A stretch of DNA of 64,000 nucleotides from a virus: IMG/VR virus record IMGVR_UViG_3300025467_000013, positions 1 through 64,000 of that record; one strand, written 5' to 3'. Positions 1-13,900 of this stretch are shown piece after piece. Position 1 is the first letter of the stretch; each line of letters opens with the position of its first letter. The notes under the pieces were generated by a model that was not told the DNA's origin, searched no databases, and saw nothing but the letters and a program-made list of their open reading frames with translations. The translations under genes were made by a program, and so were the position numbers.

Positions 1-259
1 CGTTATAAACATTAAGTTGATGATTGCCTTTATCGTACCATAATTGCCCTTCAAGAGCTTGACCGCCATTTGGTTGATTTTCAGGCGATGCTACGTTTGC
101 AAAATTTTCTAGCAAATGAAGGAAATCTTCTGCAATAATAGGACCGTAACTTGAATAATTTTTACCTACAAATGTAAGATTAGTGGAATTATTAAGTTGT
201 TGATCTTGTATAGTAATCGGTGCATTAGACGGATTTGTTGAAGTAATTGTATAACTCAT
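1..259 (-). CDS. Tail fibre/baseplate-associated structural protein, N-terminal part (runs off window edge; not in ORF track)
   Basis: ATG at 259 reads open to position 1: MSYTITSTNPS...LTFVGKNYSSYG...LLENFA...GQLWYD. This is an N-terminal motif set typical of fibre genes in large T4-like phages. Confidence 0.75.
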   Translation of the reverse strand, partial: MSYTITSTNPSNAPITIQDQQLNNSTNLTFVGKNYSSYGPIIAEDFLHLLENFANVASPENQPNGGQALEGQLWYDKGNHQLNVYN

Positions 260-265
260 ATTGTA

Positions 266-871
266 TTACCCCATTAATCCTGTTAGACTTTGAATTCTTA
301 CAGTATAATCGATTTGTATTAAACGATTTAACGACTTTTGAACTGGGTGGAAAATTACATGTGTTAATAATAATCCAGTACCGTTCAAATTATATGCAAC
401 TAATCCTAATTCATCAAAAACGTAAGAACTATTGTTATTAGTTGTATTGTCAAACGCTAACTGATCTGCAGGCTCACCGTAATCTAATAAACACGTAACA
501 AACACATCAGTGTAAGTTGTTCCAGTAACATGTCTTGTTTCAATAAAGTTTCTAGTAGGATCAGTATTATTACTCGATGTATCATTAACAACTTTAATAT
601 ATGTTTGATTATATAAACTCGCATTTGACCCCGAACTATTCGGCGACAAATACGTAATAATACCTGTTGGATCTACTGCTGTACCTCCATTACCAAACGC
701 CATTTGATATACGAAACTATCTCCGGTATTTGCAATAGATCGAGCTAATGCTATACTCATATTTTCATAATGAATTGCATTCCTTTTATTAACATACGTA
801 ATTTTTTCAACAGGATCATGAATATGAATATGACCTTCAATATGTATGCCTGTTAATTCTCTTTTTTCCAT
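266..871 (-). CDS. Conserved virion structural protein (baseplate/fibre-attachment-like)
   Basis: 201-aa ORF with MAFGNGG, FDELGL and LLTHVIFHPVQKS motifs. It has its own late promoter and sits in the baseplate cluster. Confidence 0.6.
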   Translation of the reverse strand: MEKRELTGIHIEGHIHIHDPVEKITYVNKRNAIHYENMSIALARSIANTGDSFVYQMAFGNGGTAVDPTGIITYLSPNSSGSNASLYNQTYIKVVNDTSSNNTDPTRNFIETRHVTGTTYTDVFVTCLLDYGEPADQLAFDNTTNNNSSYVFDELGLVAYNLNGTGLLLTHVIFHPVQKSLNRLIQIDYTVRIQSLTGLMG

Positions 872-891
872 ACGAAACTCTCTTTATTGTA

Positions 892-899
892 TATTTATC
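892..899 (-). promoter_or_regulatory. T4-type late promoter (GATAAATA)
   Basis: One mismatch to the T4 late consensus TATAAATA, about 20 nt upstream of the ATG at 871. Confidence 0.65.
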
Positions 900-918
900 A
901 AGCACATTAACTACTAAT

Positions 919-1971
919 TTAATTCAAATTATCCCAACTTGTACCGTTAAAAACCTGTAATTTTAAAGACGAACTATTAAATAGAACTGAACCAGGTACT
1001 ACACCCGTTAAATTATTTCTTTCAATAACAGAATATGACGGAAATACTATAGGTGCTGTCGGAACAATATTACCTCGAATAATACCGTCTGATATAATCG
1101 ACGGAGCTGATATTGTTCTGTTAGAATTTAATTTTAAATTAACAGCATCATATGTTACAATTGCATACGGTGTATTCAACGTAGGTTCTATCAGATTAAT
1201 TTCAGCTACAACTGCATCTAATGTTATTGTATTATTAGAGATGTCAGTTTCATAATCGGAAATTTGTGTCTCATTTGAAATAATTTGGCTGTTAAGTTGA
1301 GCTATATGTGTTGTTCTATTTTGAGAAGGCGGTTGGGCTTGCCAATACGCCAAATCGGTTTGTGCCGAAGCCAATGCTGTTTGTGCTGTTGATAACTGTG
1401 AATTTAAAGTTCCAATATTATCCTCTAATGAACTTTGTTGGTTTAATAAATTTTGATAAAAAGAGTAAGCAGCACTAGCATTTCCGAGCACGTGAATTTG
1501 TGTAGAATCTATATTACCAGTTACATTCCCAGTTACATTCCCAATTATATTACCAGTTACATTCCCAGTTAAGTTACCAGTTACATTCCCAGTTACATTC
1601 CCAGTTACATTCCCAGTTAGCGAATTAACTGAAATCGTTATATTCTTTGTTGTATTATCAGTTGAGATTGTAACATTATCGCCTGCTACAAAAGAAAGAG
1701 TTGTTTCTAAGGAATCAGCAATAACAGTATCGTGCCCTGCAACTTCAATTTTTGATATAGATCCTCGATTCGGTTGGCTATTTGTAATTACAAATCTTCC
1801 TAGCGAGCCTGAGATTGCAATACCTTGCCCGGCTGAAATATTTGTTACGCTATTACTAATTGCTGAATACAGTTCAGTAAAATTAGAATTAACTTTTAAC
1901 GCACCTTGTCTAAGAGTATCTCCGGTTCCATCATTGGGGGTTAATCCGACATTAATTAATTGCTGTGACAT
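919..1971 (-). CDS. Baseplate/short fibre protein with gp9/gp10-like N-terminus
   Basis: N-terminal INVGLTPNDGTGDTLR motif, GNVT repeats, a coiled-coil segment and a C-terminal FNSSSLKLQVFNGTSW fibre module. Confidence 0.6.
   Translation of the reverse strand: MSQQLINVGLTPNDGTGDTLRQGALKVNSNFTELYSAISNSVTNISAGQGIAISGSLGRFVITNSQPNRGSISKIEVAGHDTVIADSLETTLSFVAGDNVTISTDNTTKNITISVNSLTGNVTGNVTGNVTGNLTGNVTGNIIGNVTGNVTGNIDSTQIHVLGNASAAYSFYQNLLNQQSSLEDNIGTLNSQLSTAQTALASAQTDLAYWQAQPPSQNRTTHIAQLNSQIISNETQISDYETDISNNTITLDAVVAEINLIEPTLNTPYAIVTYDAVNLKLNSNRTISAPSIISDGIIRGNIVPTAPIVFPSYSVIERNNLTGVVPGSVLFNSSSLKLQVFNGTSWDNLN
1513..1619. repeat. 12-bp tandem repeat (ccagttacattc) x ~9, encoding (TGNV)n
   Basis: Directly visible units starting at 1517, 1529, 1541, 1553, 1565, 1577, 1589 and 1601, with a partial unit at 1613. 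Confidence 0.95.
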
Positions 1972-1976
1972 CTTTA

Positions 1977-4900
1977 TTATCCTTGGTCAAATGTATTTTT
2001 TGCATTATCAAACGATGCATTATATGTATCTAATGTAACTGTTGTTTTATTACTTTCATATTTATTGATACCGGTATACCAAATACCCGGCGTTTCTTTT
2101 AAGAACAATGCGATTTTGTTATTATCATATAAAATATTAGTTGTAGAATCCCATTCAACGAGTGTTCGTTTGATTACTGTAACTCGTGTACCTACCGCAA
2201 GTAAATTTGTTAATCGAATTTCCTTACTAACCCCATCAACTGCAAAGTCCGCATCAAATCGGATGTCTCCTTCTGGGCTAGTCGGTGCTTGATTAACATT
2301 AAACATGCTATATGGCTCTTTTCTTAACCGTATGTTACCGATAAAGAATGTCCATCGTGTAGAATCATCCCTAAAATATGATGAACTAGTATGTTCACTA
2401 ATGCATCGATAGCTATAAGATCCCACATTAACAATTGTTCCAACTGTATAATGAACGTTTGATGCCCATGTTAATGAATTATCGTATCCGCCAACAAATA
2501 CTTCAATATCATTACATTGCTGATACCCTACCGGAATCGAAGAATACAACTCCCAATATTGGCCATTTGTTGGTACAATAGATGTTGGATTTACTGTACT
2601 AGCAACATATGATAACATGTTGACATAATAGTATCCGTTATACGATACTACATCATTAACCGAATACCCAACGGTGTTACTAAATGAACCCTTTAATGTA
2701 TATCCATAATCAGTAAACCACGAATTGTTAACTGTTAAAGACGGTACAAAATTTATCGGAATTATATGATTATGATTATTAGCATTAGTTATAGTATATT
2801 GTTCAACTATTGTATTATCTGCATACGGAATATTTTCATCTGATCCAATATCTTGTACATACGATCCTGCTTTATGTACAGGAGATACACCGGTACCTAA
2901 TGTGCCTCTTCTTAGTTGTCCTAACACATAAAATATAAGAATACCGTTTTCTCTATGTTCATTTATAGTAAAGTATTCGATGCGTTCTCCTCGAATTTCA
3001 ACTACACCTGGACGATTTTTTGAAGGATTTGGCAGCGTAAAGGTACTAGCATCAACTACTAATATTGTTGTGTCGTTATATAAAAGATCACTATATAATT
3101 TTGAACGTTTATTTAAACTTAATCTCTTATATTGATATCGATTTAACATATCTTTAAACTGCATGTACGATATGCCCGATTCTAATATGTTATCATCAAA
3201 TGTGATTAACGTAAATTCGTCATTAGTATTAGGCGCTGCTGCTAAAGTAACGCTACTTCTGTCGTCATTTAATCTAAAATCAATACTTGGAGTTAAAATC
3301 TTAGAATTCCTAATAATCCAAATATAATCATCGTCAACTACTGTTCGTCCTAATTGTAGTTGTCCATTGAATATTTTTAAATGTGTAAAATAATCAATTG
3401 TATTTGGAGTTAAGGAATTATTAGTCGTTACGTTTATTGCTGTACGATTAATATTTAACACGTCATGTTTATAGAAACTAATAATTTCAACTAATTCATT
3501 ATTATACTCAACATCAAATGTAATCGATGCCACCGACGATGTAGTTGCCGGAGTATAAAAATATCCCGGATGTTGTTTAATACTAATAGTCAACTCGGCA
3601 CCAACATACTTTTTAGCAATAGTTTTTGTAATCTTAATTGACATATTACTGCCGTCGAAAATATAATCAGTATTTGGTTTTAATACCGCTGTTCCACTAA
3701 TAATAACCGAAACATCATTGACGTCGGCGGTGTTAGGTAATGCAGCATCTGATGATATAGTATAAATTAAATCAGCATTAGTAGTTGCTTTCCTAATAGT
3801 GTGATATATGTTATTCGGTCCTTTTAGAATATCTTGACCGACCCGTACAAGCATATTAGATTCATATGGTTTTGAATCACCGATTGTATTCTGCAACGGA
3901 TATACTAGCGATCCGTTAGTCTGGATAGTTTCGGATTCCATTATCGAATATGTTTGATCACTTCCGCTCACAATAATATAACTAATTTGGTCACCGACTG
4001 CTGGAGGAGTATTAAAGTTTATTCCTACTAATTTTGCAAGTTCATATGTGTCATCAGTCTCAAATATTTCATAATTTTTAGAACTTAACATGTTACCGTT
4101 GACAAAAATTGATATGGTTAATAAAGCTAACCAAGGTGCAGTAGTGATATATTGATCTGTCACTCCGTCGCCGACAAACGAGTTAAAGTCTAAAATATTT
4201 GATCCGCTAACCCCAAACGAAGTAATAGAAACAATAGTTCCAGTTATAGGAGGGTCAACTAATACTACTGTTCTAACATTAAATTGATAATCTATAGTGT
4301 ATTCATCCTTAGACAAAATCGTAACATTAGTATATTGGTTAGTAGGATTATCATACCCAGAAATTAATTTAACCAATAATGCTTGTCTGTTATTAGGGTC
4401 TTGTGTAATCTCAAATTCTGTTCGACTACCGTCCCCAATAAATGTATCTGTTTTAATTTTTGCAGAACCGCTAAAAGGACGATCATATACCTTAATTGCA
4501 ACAGTATCAACAACTTGTCCAGGAACAATTTCTTCTGTTGCAGAACTAGTTGTCTGAGTAACGAAGCCATCGCCATCTATAATAATGTCATCCGCTGCAA
4601 GCCCAGTTGCAGTAGTATACACCCCACCGATGTTAGATAATGCTCCGCCATTTATTGCAGTATCATAATCGTCAGGTATAGGAGCCAACGATCCATCACT
4701 TGTACTTTGTCTAAAGATAAATGTATCTCCGATATGTACTGTAAATGTGTTCGGTACGCTAACTGTAGAAGTACGGCCGTCCATTATAATCGGAGGCATT
4801 ATTGCATAAGGGTTATCCCACTGCGCATGTCCTATAAATCCAGGGTTATCTAATCTCACAGCGTTTACTTTATTAGTACCGTTTGGTGCATAATATACAT

Positions 4901-7900
4901 TAATTTCTGTTCCCGAAGCCGGAACATAAGGTAACGTAAAAGTATGTGTAACTGAAGTCAATGTTACAATATAATCTGTAAATGTATCATCTGAACTGTC
5001 CCATCTATCACTAAAATATGGAGAACCGTCCCATCCGTAATACATGTCGAACCCGATTCCATTAACAGTTACCCCGCCGTAATCAACTCCGGACATTAAC
5101 TGATCTAGGTCTTTACCTGTCTCACCTGTTGCAGGATCATAATAATACTGAATTCTGTCCGCTGCATTTAAAACCAACCAATCTTTAATGTAAGTAACTT
5201 CGATAATTGACCCTTTAATTGGGGCAGTATTAAATGTTATTAATCCAGAATATCTTGTATATCCTGATGACTTCGATTTAACAACTGTCAATGTGTAATC
5301 ATCTCTTAATACATTAGAACCATTTACAGTAACTGAAGAATAACCAACACGTACATCAGGAGCCCATGCTAAAGTAAATTGCTTCTTAGATCCAGTTCCA
5401 ATTGCTGTTTCAAGTTCCTGTAATTCTGTTATAAAGTATTTTTGTGTAGTTCTATCAAACTTAATACTAATTAAATTAGAACGTACTACTCCGTTGCCTA
5501 TTTTTGCAATTACTTTAGCAGGAGATCCCGAAGACGACAAACCACCGTTAATTTTAACTGTTGGTACACTTAGATATTTTGAACCGCCATTAATCAGCAC
5601 GATTCTATTTACAGTTCCTTTTGCAATATATGCAATTGCATGTGCGCCCGATCCACTATTACTAGTAATTTCAACAGTCGGTTGGGTGATATATCCGTTA
5701 CCGCCGTCGACTATTACTAATTCAGTAATACTAAATCCAACATTATCTGCCCAAAACTTCCACGGATATGTTTCAGTTATAGTATCATATGACACAATTG
5801 TATCGTTCGAAACTTCTACTAATGCTGGAACTAATTTACCGTTTTCTAATACTGTCGGTAAGTCAAAATCGGTTGCTGCTTGATAGTTAATATCTACTGA
5901 ATTGTAATTACTTACGTATTCTCTAATTTTTGTTCTGTAAGGTTTTACCTCAGACACATATGATTGAAAATCAGCTAAATGATCATTATTGTACGTAACT
6001 TTTTGAATTAAACTACCAACATTGTGTTCAGCTTTGATAAAACTAGTTTTGAATATCCAGTCAACATATAATTGTTCACTAAGGATATATCGTACAGATG
6101 TAAAGAATAAATTTAAGTACTCTTGAACTAAATCACCAACAAAGATATCATACTTAAATGCCTCAAATATGTATCTTAATTCAGTTGATGCATAATCGTC
6201 GTATACTTCTAAATCATACAATGAACTATCATACCCATACACAGTATTATCAAATTCGTACAACGACGAACTAAGTTGAATGGTACCATCCTGTAATCCA
6301 ACAATACTATAACTTTGTGTCCAATCAATACTAGACGAGTCAGCATATTTTTCTAAAAGAACCCATTTACCAGAATTATTAGTTAATACTTTAACTAAAC
6401 TACCAACCAGTGAATATAGATCTTTTAATTCAATAAATGTGTTAACTACAAAATTAACTACTGTAAATTGATTGTAACCAGGGGCATACCAATCAGTATA
6501 ATTCCAGTATTGGGTTGTGTCATATGCCTGGGTATCAACTTTTGACCAAACAGTATTAATCGAATCATAATAATAAATGCTCCACTTATTTTTTGCGGTT
6601 GAATCATTTCTTACTAATGTTGAATACGTTCTAACCGACAATATTGTACTACTATCATATCCAATTCCAGACGATATGATTTCAACTCCATTGATTTGCC
6701 CATACGAATTAATTTTAGTTTTTAAAATTGCACCAGATCCCGATCCAACTATGTCAATAAACGGAGCGTTAATATATCCTTTTCCTGCATCAACAATAAC
6801 TATATCGATTATTCTGCCATTAACGATAGTAGGAACAATCGATGGCATTACAAAATCGCTAATATTAATATAACTTAATTCTTCTACGGTATCAATAACT
6901 GTGTCATACACTCCGTCAACCGTCGTCGGTATTGGTTGTGCTGCCTCTAATCTTGATAAATCATATTGATTAACAATTTGATGTTTAATTAAAACGCGAT
7001 TTGCTTGTTCAATGACTTGCTTTAACGCTTCAAATCGATTAACAACCATACTTTGACGAGGACGATTCTCAACACCATATCGAATTTTCACCGGTAATTG
7101 TAAATCTGGAACGGTACGATTCTTTGCATCAGTACCACATAAACTATCGATCCACTTTTGTTCAATTAATTCAGGTAATTTAGTAGTAGGATCAGTACTA
7201 ATTAATTCCCACTGGCTATGAATATTTTGATCAATCTTGTCAATAATCCAGTATTGTACCGACAATACTATATCGCTACTTTGTAGTAACGGTTTAACAT
7301 TAAATAAACTAAATGAATTAACACCAGTAAAGGCAATAAATTCATACCCGTTACCGCGAGGGTTGCTAATTAAATTAGCAACGTCATTTGCCGAAATATT
7401 TCTATTACTTACATCCGGTACTAATGTTTTATTTTTAACCCAAAAATAATATGTATTAGAAAACACCTCATTCAATTCATCATATTTTGTAATTATTGAG
7501 TATGCACTATTTCCATATAGGCTAGTACCACTAATACCTCTTGCTAGTCCAGCTGCTGTGTCAGTTGTTGCATCCCAATCCGATGGTAAAATTGATGATT
7601 CAACCCATTCATAAATATCGATACTTGCGCCCGGGAATAGTTGATTCCATGTGTTATTTCTATAAACTACATCAGAATCATAACAGTTAAAGAATTTTGC
7701 AGTTCTTAAATCCCACCATAATTGCCCAACTTGTGCAGTCGTCCATGCTTGCCCTGAGCTACTAGGAATGGTGCCATCGCTATTTGAATATACTGCCGGA
7801 TCAAAATAAGATTTGTACGTTAGTTCTTCGTCGGCGACTCCTAAGATTTTACCCTGTAACGGGTCAACGACATCAAGATGTGTGACTATCGTATCTGTTT

Positions 7901-10900
7901 TTTTGTTATATAAAAACGCCTTCTTTATCTTCTTTACATCAACTTTATCAATTTCTTGATTAACGATAGTCCATGTAAATGAATTAATCGGTTTTTTATA
8001 TTCGTACACAATACCCGATCTAACATTAAGATCAAATCCGTATATAGAACTTAGAATAACAGTATCGTCGCCTGTTGATATACTGTATCCATATTGCGAC
8101 TCGTTATCATCTAAATTGTCTAAACTTTCAGTAAATATCCAATACGAACCATATTGATCATAAATGTCAACGCGGCCTTCACCTTTAGTAGCTAAGGAGA
8201 ATATTGTCGATTTTTCATCAAATGTTGTATTGTTTTCATCAAATATAATCGGATCATATCTTACCGAACTACGACTAAAGACCACTAATGTATCAAAATC
8301 ATTCATGAATGAAACGTAACTACCAAAATGCTGAGAAGTTTCGGGAGCTATATTAGTAATCTTTTGATATGGTACATATTGTGTATCTCCATATTCGTAT
8401 ATTTCTACTTTACCTTCATTAATTTTTAAACCGTCATATAATACAGAAGAAATTACAATGTAATCTGCTGCATAAGATACATCAACTCCCTGGCCAAATC
8501 CCAACCCGTCACCTTCTGTATCTGTAATAACTTGTGACAAATAATAACTTATACTATCGTCAGAATTATATACAAATACTCGTCCCGGATTAACAGCACC
8601 TATTATAGATACACCTGCTGAGCATATTAATAACGTCGAAACATCTTTACTCATAGCCATACGATAACCAAAATTACCGCCAATTGCAACATTATTATGA
8701 GTTATCCCTACTTTGTCTTGCCAGGTCCATTGAAGAATAACAAATTCTAATATACCGACCGGCTGACTGTCAGGTTCAACATCAGACTGAATTGTTGTAC
8801 TATCAATTATCCTTGCTACAATTTGCCCGGTTGTAAATCCAGTCCCCACTATACTCATGCCTACTGCAATTTTAGCAGTATTAGAAACTTTAATTATTGT
8901 ACCATTACTTCCAATCGGATTATAATACACACTTGCATAAATCACCGGTTGGTATGTTAATTGATATACTACCCCTTTACCGTTATTGCCGCCTGGAGCA
9001 TTTATAAAAAATGTTCCATTACCAAAGGTTAAATTTGCACCAAATTGTTCGTTCTCAGCAGGCGATGGGCTAATAATGGTATCAACTAATGTAATGATGT
9101 TGTTATCGTTTACTTTATAAAGTGTTACTGCACCTTGCTTCATTAATGACGAATTAGTGCCGCCTGCATCGACTGGAATATATTGTGTAATATTCCAATA
9201 ATCTGCCCAAAGCGTAACTATAACACCATTTGAATTAGTGTCGTTTGTTAATGTAAGTTCGTTACCTTCAAATGTATCAGATACTGTAAATGCAGTATCA
9301 CTTAAAATTCTTGAAACATAATAAACAACATCTGCAATTAAATTGCCAATAGTCTGCTTAAAGATAATAGATTGCCCTGGGTTAGCTGGGCCTGATCCTA
9401 ATTGATTAATAACTCGATTGTTACTAATCGCAGTAACTAAACAAGTCGGAGGATAGTCTTCTGGTACATTTTGTGTTGCCTTATAAAATTCTCCCGAAAT
9501 AGGATCACGTATAATATCCTTAATATTATACGATGATAAATGTTGCCATGCTCCTTTATATCGAGTGCATACATGAGATGCTTGAGGAATACCAACCGCT
9601 ACCCAATTATCTGCTGCTATAATCTCTTGACTCGAAATTGCTAATATATCACCAATATAATGATTAGTAAAATTAGGGTCGGTATAAGTTGATATAAATT
9701 CAGGCGGTACTGTTTGACGAACGAGCCACGATGAATTTAAACTTGCTTTGTCACGGACATAAAGTGTCCCGCTGTTGTCAGTTGTAACCAAAAAATCTGT
9801 TGAATTTGTGGTTGCAATGCTAAGACCGTATTGTGAAAAAGCATGAGGAGAAGTATTAATTATTATTGATTGATTATATACTTTATTGTATTCCCAGGTT
9901 GCCCATTGGCCGTTTCCATTACCATTTTCATCTGTCCACATTAATTCATTAGGTAATAAATTGAGAGAAGTAATCGGCTCTGCAGAATCGATCGAGCTTG
10001 TCCGTTGACTAGTTAAGGTAAACACAACTACATTTGTTTGATCAGTGAACGTAACTGATGCAGGGGTAGACGATGACACTACATTAAACGCATTTAAATT
10101 AACCGATACTACTTTATAAAATCCTGCAAGACTACTATCAACTTGTTCTAAGGCAATTACTGATCCAACTTGTACCGTAACAAGTGCATCTGTAGTAATT
10201 TCGAGTTCTTGCACACCGTTAACAATTACTCCAACAATATCTAATACATTCATATAGGCGCTTGAATACCGATAGACATTCCAATCTTGTTTATCAAACC
10301 CACACCAAATATAATCTCCCATATTAATCAGAGACCATGCAGTTGATGTATCACTCGGTGCAACATTGATATTATCTATCTTTGCAATATAAATTTTATA
10401 TTTTCCGGTATGGTCGGCGGCGTAAGTCACAATATTAGTTGCATAGTATTGAACGCCGCTGTCCCAAACTGTGTTAGTTAATAATGCATCAAGTGTGCCT
10501 ATTGCAACTTTAACATCAGTTAATCTTGCGTACCCTGCAGATCTTAAGTAAGGATTAAAATTTGCTAATACTGGCCACGGTGACGATGTATATCCTAAAG
10601 GCTTTAAATATACATCATTCGGAGTTTGTACTATTGTTAAATTATCAAGCGATGGTGACACAATACCATATGTTAGTGAGAATGCCGCACCTGATCCTAA
10701 ATTGCCGGAAGTATCTGTAATTGTCCCCACTGACGAAAACGATCCAGAATTTACAATTCGATTAATTGCAATAATTTTTCCTGTACTATCTGTTCTAACA
10801 TTAAAGACGCAGGTACCAGTCGACGTTGTTACCGTTAAATTAAACTTTTCGTTACTTTCATATCCCGATCCGCCATTTGTTATTTTTACATCTGTTACTG

Positions 10901-13900
10901 TGTAACTTAATGTTTGATATATTGGCGGTACAGTATCAAGAAGCTCTACACCTTGAGGATTATTATTAAATTTTGCTTCGTCTAATATAAATTCAATTTC
11001 ATTAAATCCAGAATTTGCACCGTATTGGCCGACACGAACTGCCCATTCTTCGTAGAATTTTAAACTTTCTTTTCCTTCTTCTGTTAATACATTAAACAGA
11101 TTATTAAAAACATTTTGTGTCCCTTTATCTCGAATCATACCTTGATAGAACTTAAATTCGGACACATCATCCTGGATGATATTATCAAGATATTGTCTCT
11201 TTTGATAACCAATTAAATGATGCGCCATTGTCTGCTGATTACTATCAAAGTTATCGCTATCTAGACTATAAAAATCAGTAAACTGACCTGCTTTATAGGT
11301 CCAATTTGGTATCAACTTAGGGCTCGGTTTTGACGACAGTTGAGTCCATTCTGATGGAGTAAACGCGCTAGTTCCTGGTAAAAATGAATTTGCACTATAA
11401 TAAAATTGCTGATATTTTACAACATCACCGAGCTGATAATCTTGCCACTCAACCCAATTTTTAAATACTGCTTGATCAAAGATAAATCCAGGGATGTTAA
11501 ATGAACCATCCCAAACCGTACTAACATGCGCAGATACTTTAATTCGTTCTTGTCGATATCCAGTCGCCGGACTATAAATTAAATCATTAAAGATCGTTTT
11601 TTGATCTAACAAAATTATTTGTTCTTTTTGTACTAGATAGAAGGTTGCATTATAAATTCCATCATTCTCTTCCGGTGAGTAGGTAACTGTATTTTCGTTT
11701 CTATAAACATCAATAGTCGACGGATCAATAGGAGTCCCGTCAACTTTAAATATTTCGTAGGTGTAAAACGGATTCGTGATGTCGTCAACTACACAATTGT
11801 TCGTTATAAATGTAAGACTTGCAGCCGCAGGGCTCAAAGAAATCACTGAACTGCCTATTGTACTCAGCCCTTCTAACTTAACAAAATCACTACTATTAAA
11901 ATTACTAGAATTAATCGAACTACGAATCACTCGATAGTAATCACCCTCATATTGAACAATTGTTCCGCCTACAAATTCTATATTAGGTAACCATTGTTTC
12001 CATTTATCTTCACCAGTCGACCAATTCTGTGTTGTCCAGAACATGAATTCTTTAGCACTAGTTGTCCAGTTTGTAACTACACTTAATGAATCGCTAAAAT
12101 TATCAAATCTAAATCCTTGATCTATCAACCATTGTTCATACCCTAATAGAAAATCAACAACATCTTGTATTGTTCTTAACATGGTTCCATAAGACATAAC
12201 AACAGGATTAGTTCTATTCCATCCTGTTCTTAACCGAGCTGAACATCCTCCGATAATCGGTAAGGTTGGTAATTTTTCATAGTATGCAGTATCTAGAGGG
12301 GTACTAGTATTAGTAACTAACACTCGATAAAAATTTTCATTGTATTTTACAATAGTGCCGGCATAATATTCGTTTCCTGCAACCCATGTTGAAAATGTTT
12401 CAGATATCCCGCCTACAGTAACATTAATTCCGGTTACATTCCATTGATAATATGTAAAATACGGATCAACTTGACTATATCCTTTAATCTCAAATCCATT
12501 TGCTAACTTTGTAATAATTACACCACTATATGTAATCTTTTTAACAGGCGAAGAACTATTTAAAATTAATGTATAGTTTTCGTTAGGAACAAATACTCCA
12601 CCTGTTGATAACGGAGATCTCGAATCTAATATTAAATTAAATTGTTCTTTACTACTAAATGCACCTGCTCGATAAGATAACTGTGCATTAATATTGTTCA
12701 AATCATATATGTATTGAGTATATGCAGTTAAATCTAATCCCACAATATAATCAGTAAGATAATTGATAATACCCGAAGTCTGAATTTTAGTTGCGCTAGA
12801 ATAGATACTCGGTATTGCAATGGTAGAAGGGTTAACTCTCAATCCAGTGTCAGAGTATATTAGTTGTCCGGCTAAATTTCTAATGACCCTCGACCGATCT
12901 AATAATGTCCCAAAAGTTTTTGCAGGATGCATTAGCATTGCTGTAATTAAAAAACTAAATGGGTAATCTGAGCTTCTTCTCCATGCCCCTTCTACCGGTC
13001 CTTGATCACCAAAAACAAAATCATCAGCAATTGAAGCTGTCACTGGACCAGTTGCCCATCCAGCTGTTAACGGATCTAATAATGTGCCGTCGCTATCAAC
13101 AGGAATTCGATTGATTAAATCCGGTCTCACAAAGTTAAGAAGTTTGATCGTTGGAACATTTGGTTGCCTAACAACACCGTCTGTTAAATCTTGCCACATG
13201 ATTAAATTATCACTAGTATATGGTGCTGAACCATATACTTGTTCCCACCAAGTCGGTTTATCATTAAACCCTAACATTTCCCACGGTGTTTGATCAGGAC
13301 TATCGGTATCTAGAACATAATTGTAAATTCCTCTCCAATATCCTGGACAACTTGTGCTGTTTGGAAGATCGAAATCTTTATAATTAAATGTTAAACTTAT
13401 AGTACGATCAAATTTAATATTCTGCGTGTAGTCAGCCCCTACGACTTTAACCCATTTATAAAAATTAGGCGCTAATATTTCATTAAATTCAGTTAAGCTA
13501 TATTCGGTTGTTCTATTATAACCAGGAATAATATCGTAGATATCAAAAATACTAGAATCATATTTTACCTTTATATTGTTGTAAATTCTTTTTTCTAATT
13601 CTAATAAAATTGCATCACGGAAATCTGTAAACACTCCATTTACAATTTCACCATACAGCACAGTATGACTGCCGTCGTGCCCTTGAATCATCCATGTTGG
13701 ATTCAATAATGCAGTATCTAAATATGCTCGAGGGTCGTATGTTGGCCATATACCTAACTTCGACGGTGTAGGTGGAACAAAACATCCGTTTGTACTGTCA
13801 TATTCGTTGATGGTTATTATATCGTCGTTATGCAATTCTGCAGATATTATAACAAATCCTTGATCATCAAAAGAATAATCATGTTCATACAACAATTGTG

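Noticed and set aside
1513-1619. CRISPR-like array
   Set aside because: Contiguous 12-bp coding repeat with no spacers; no cas genes in the window.
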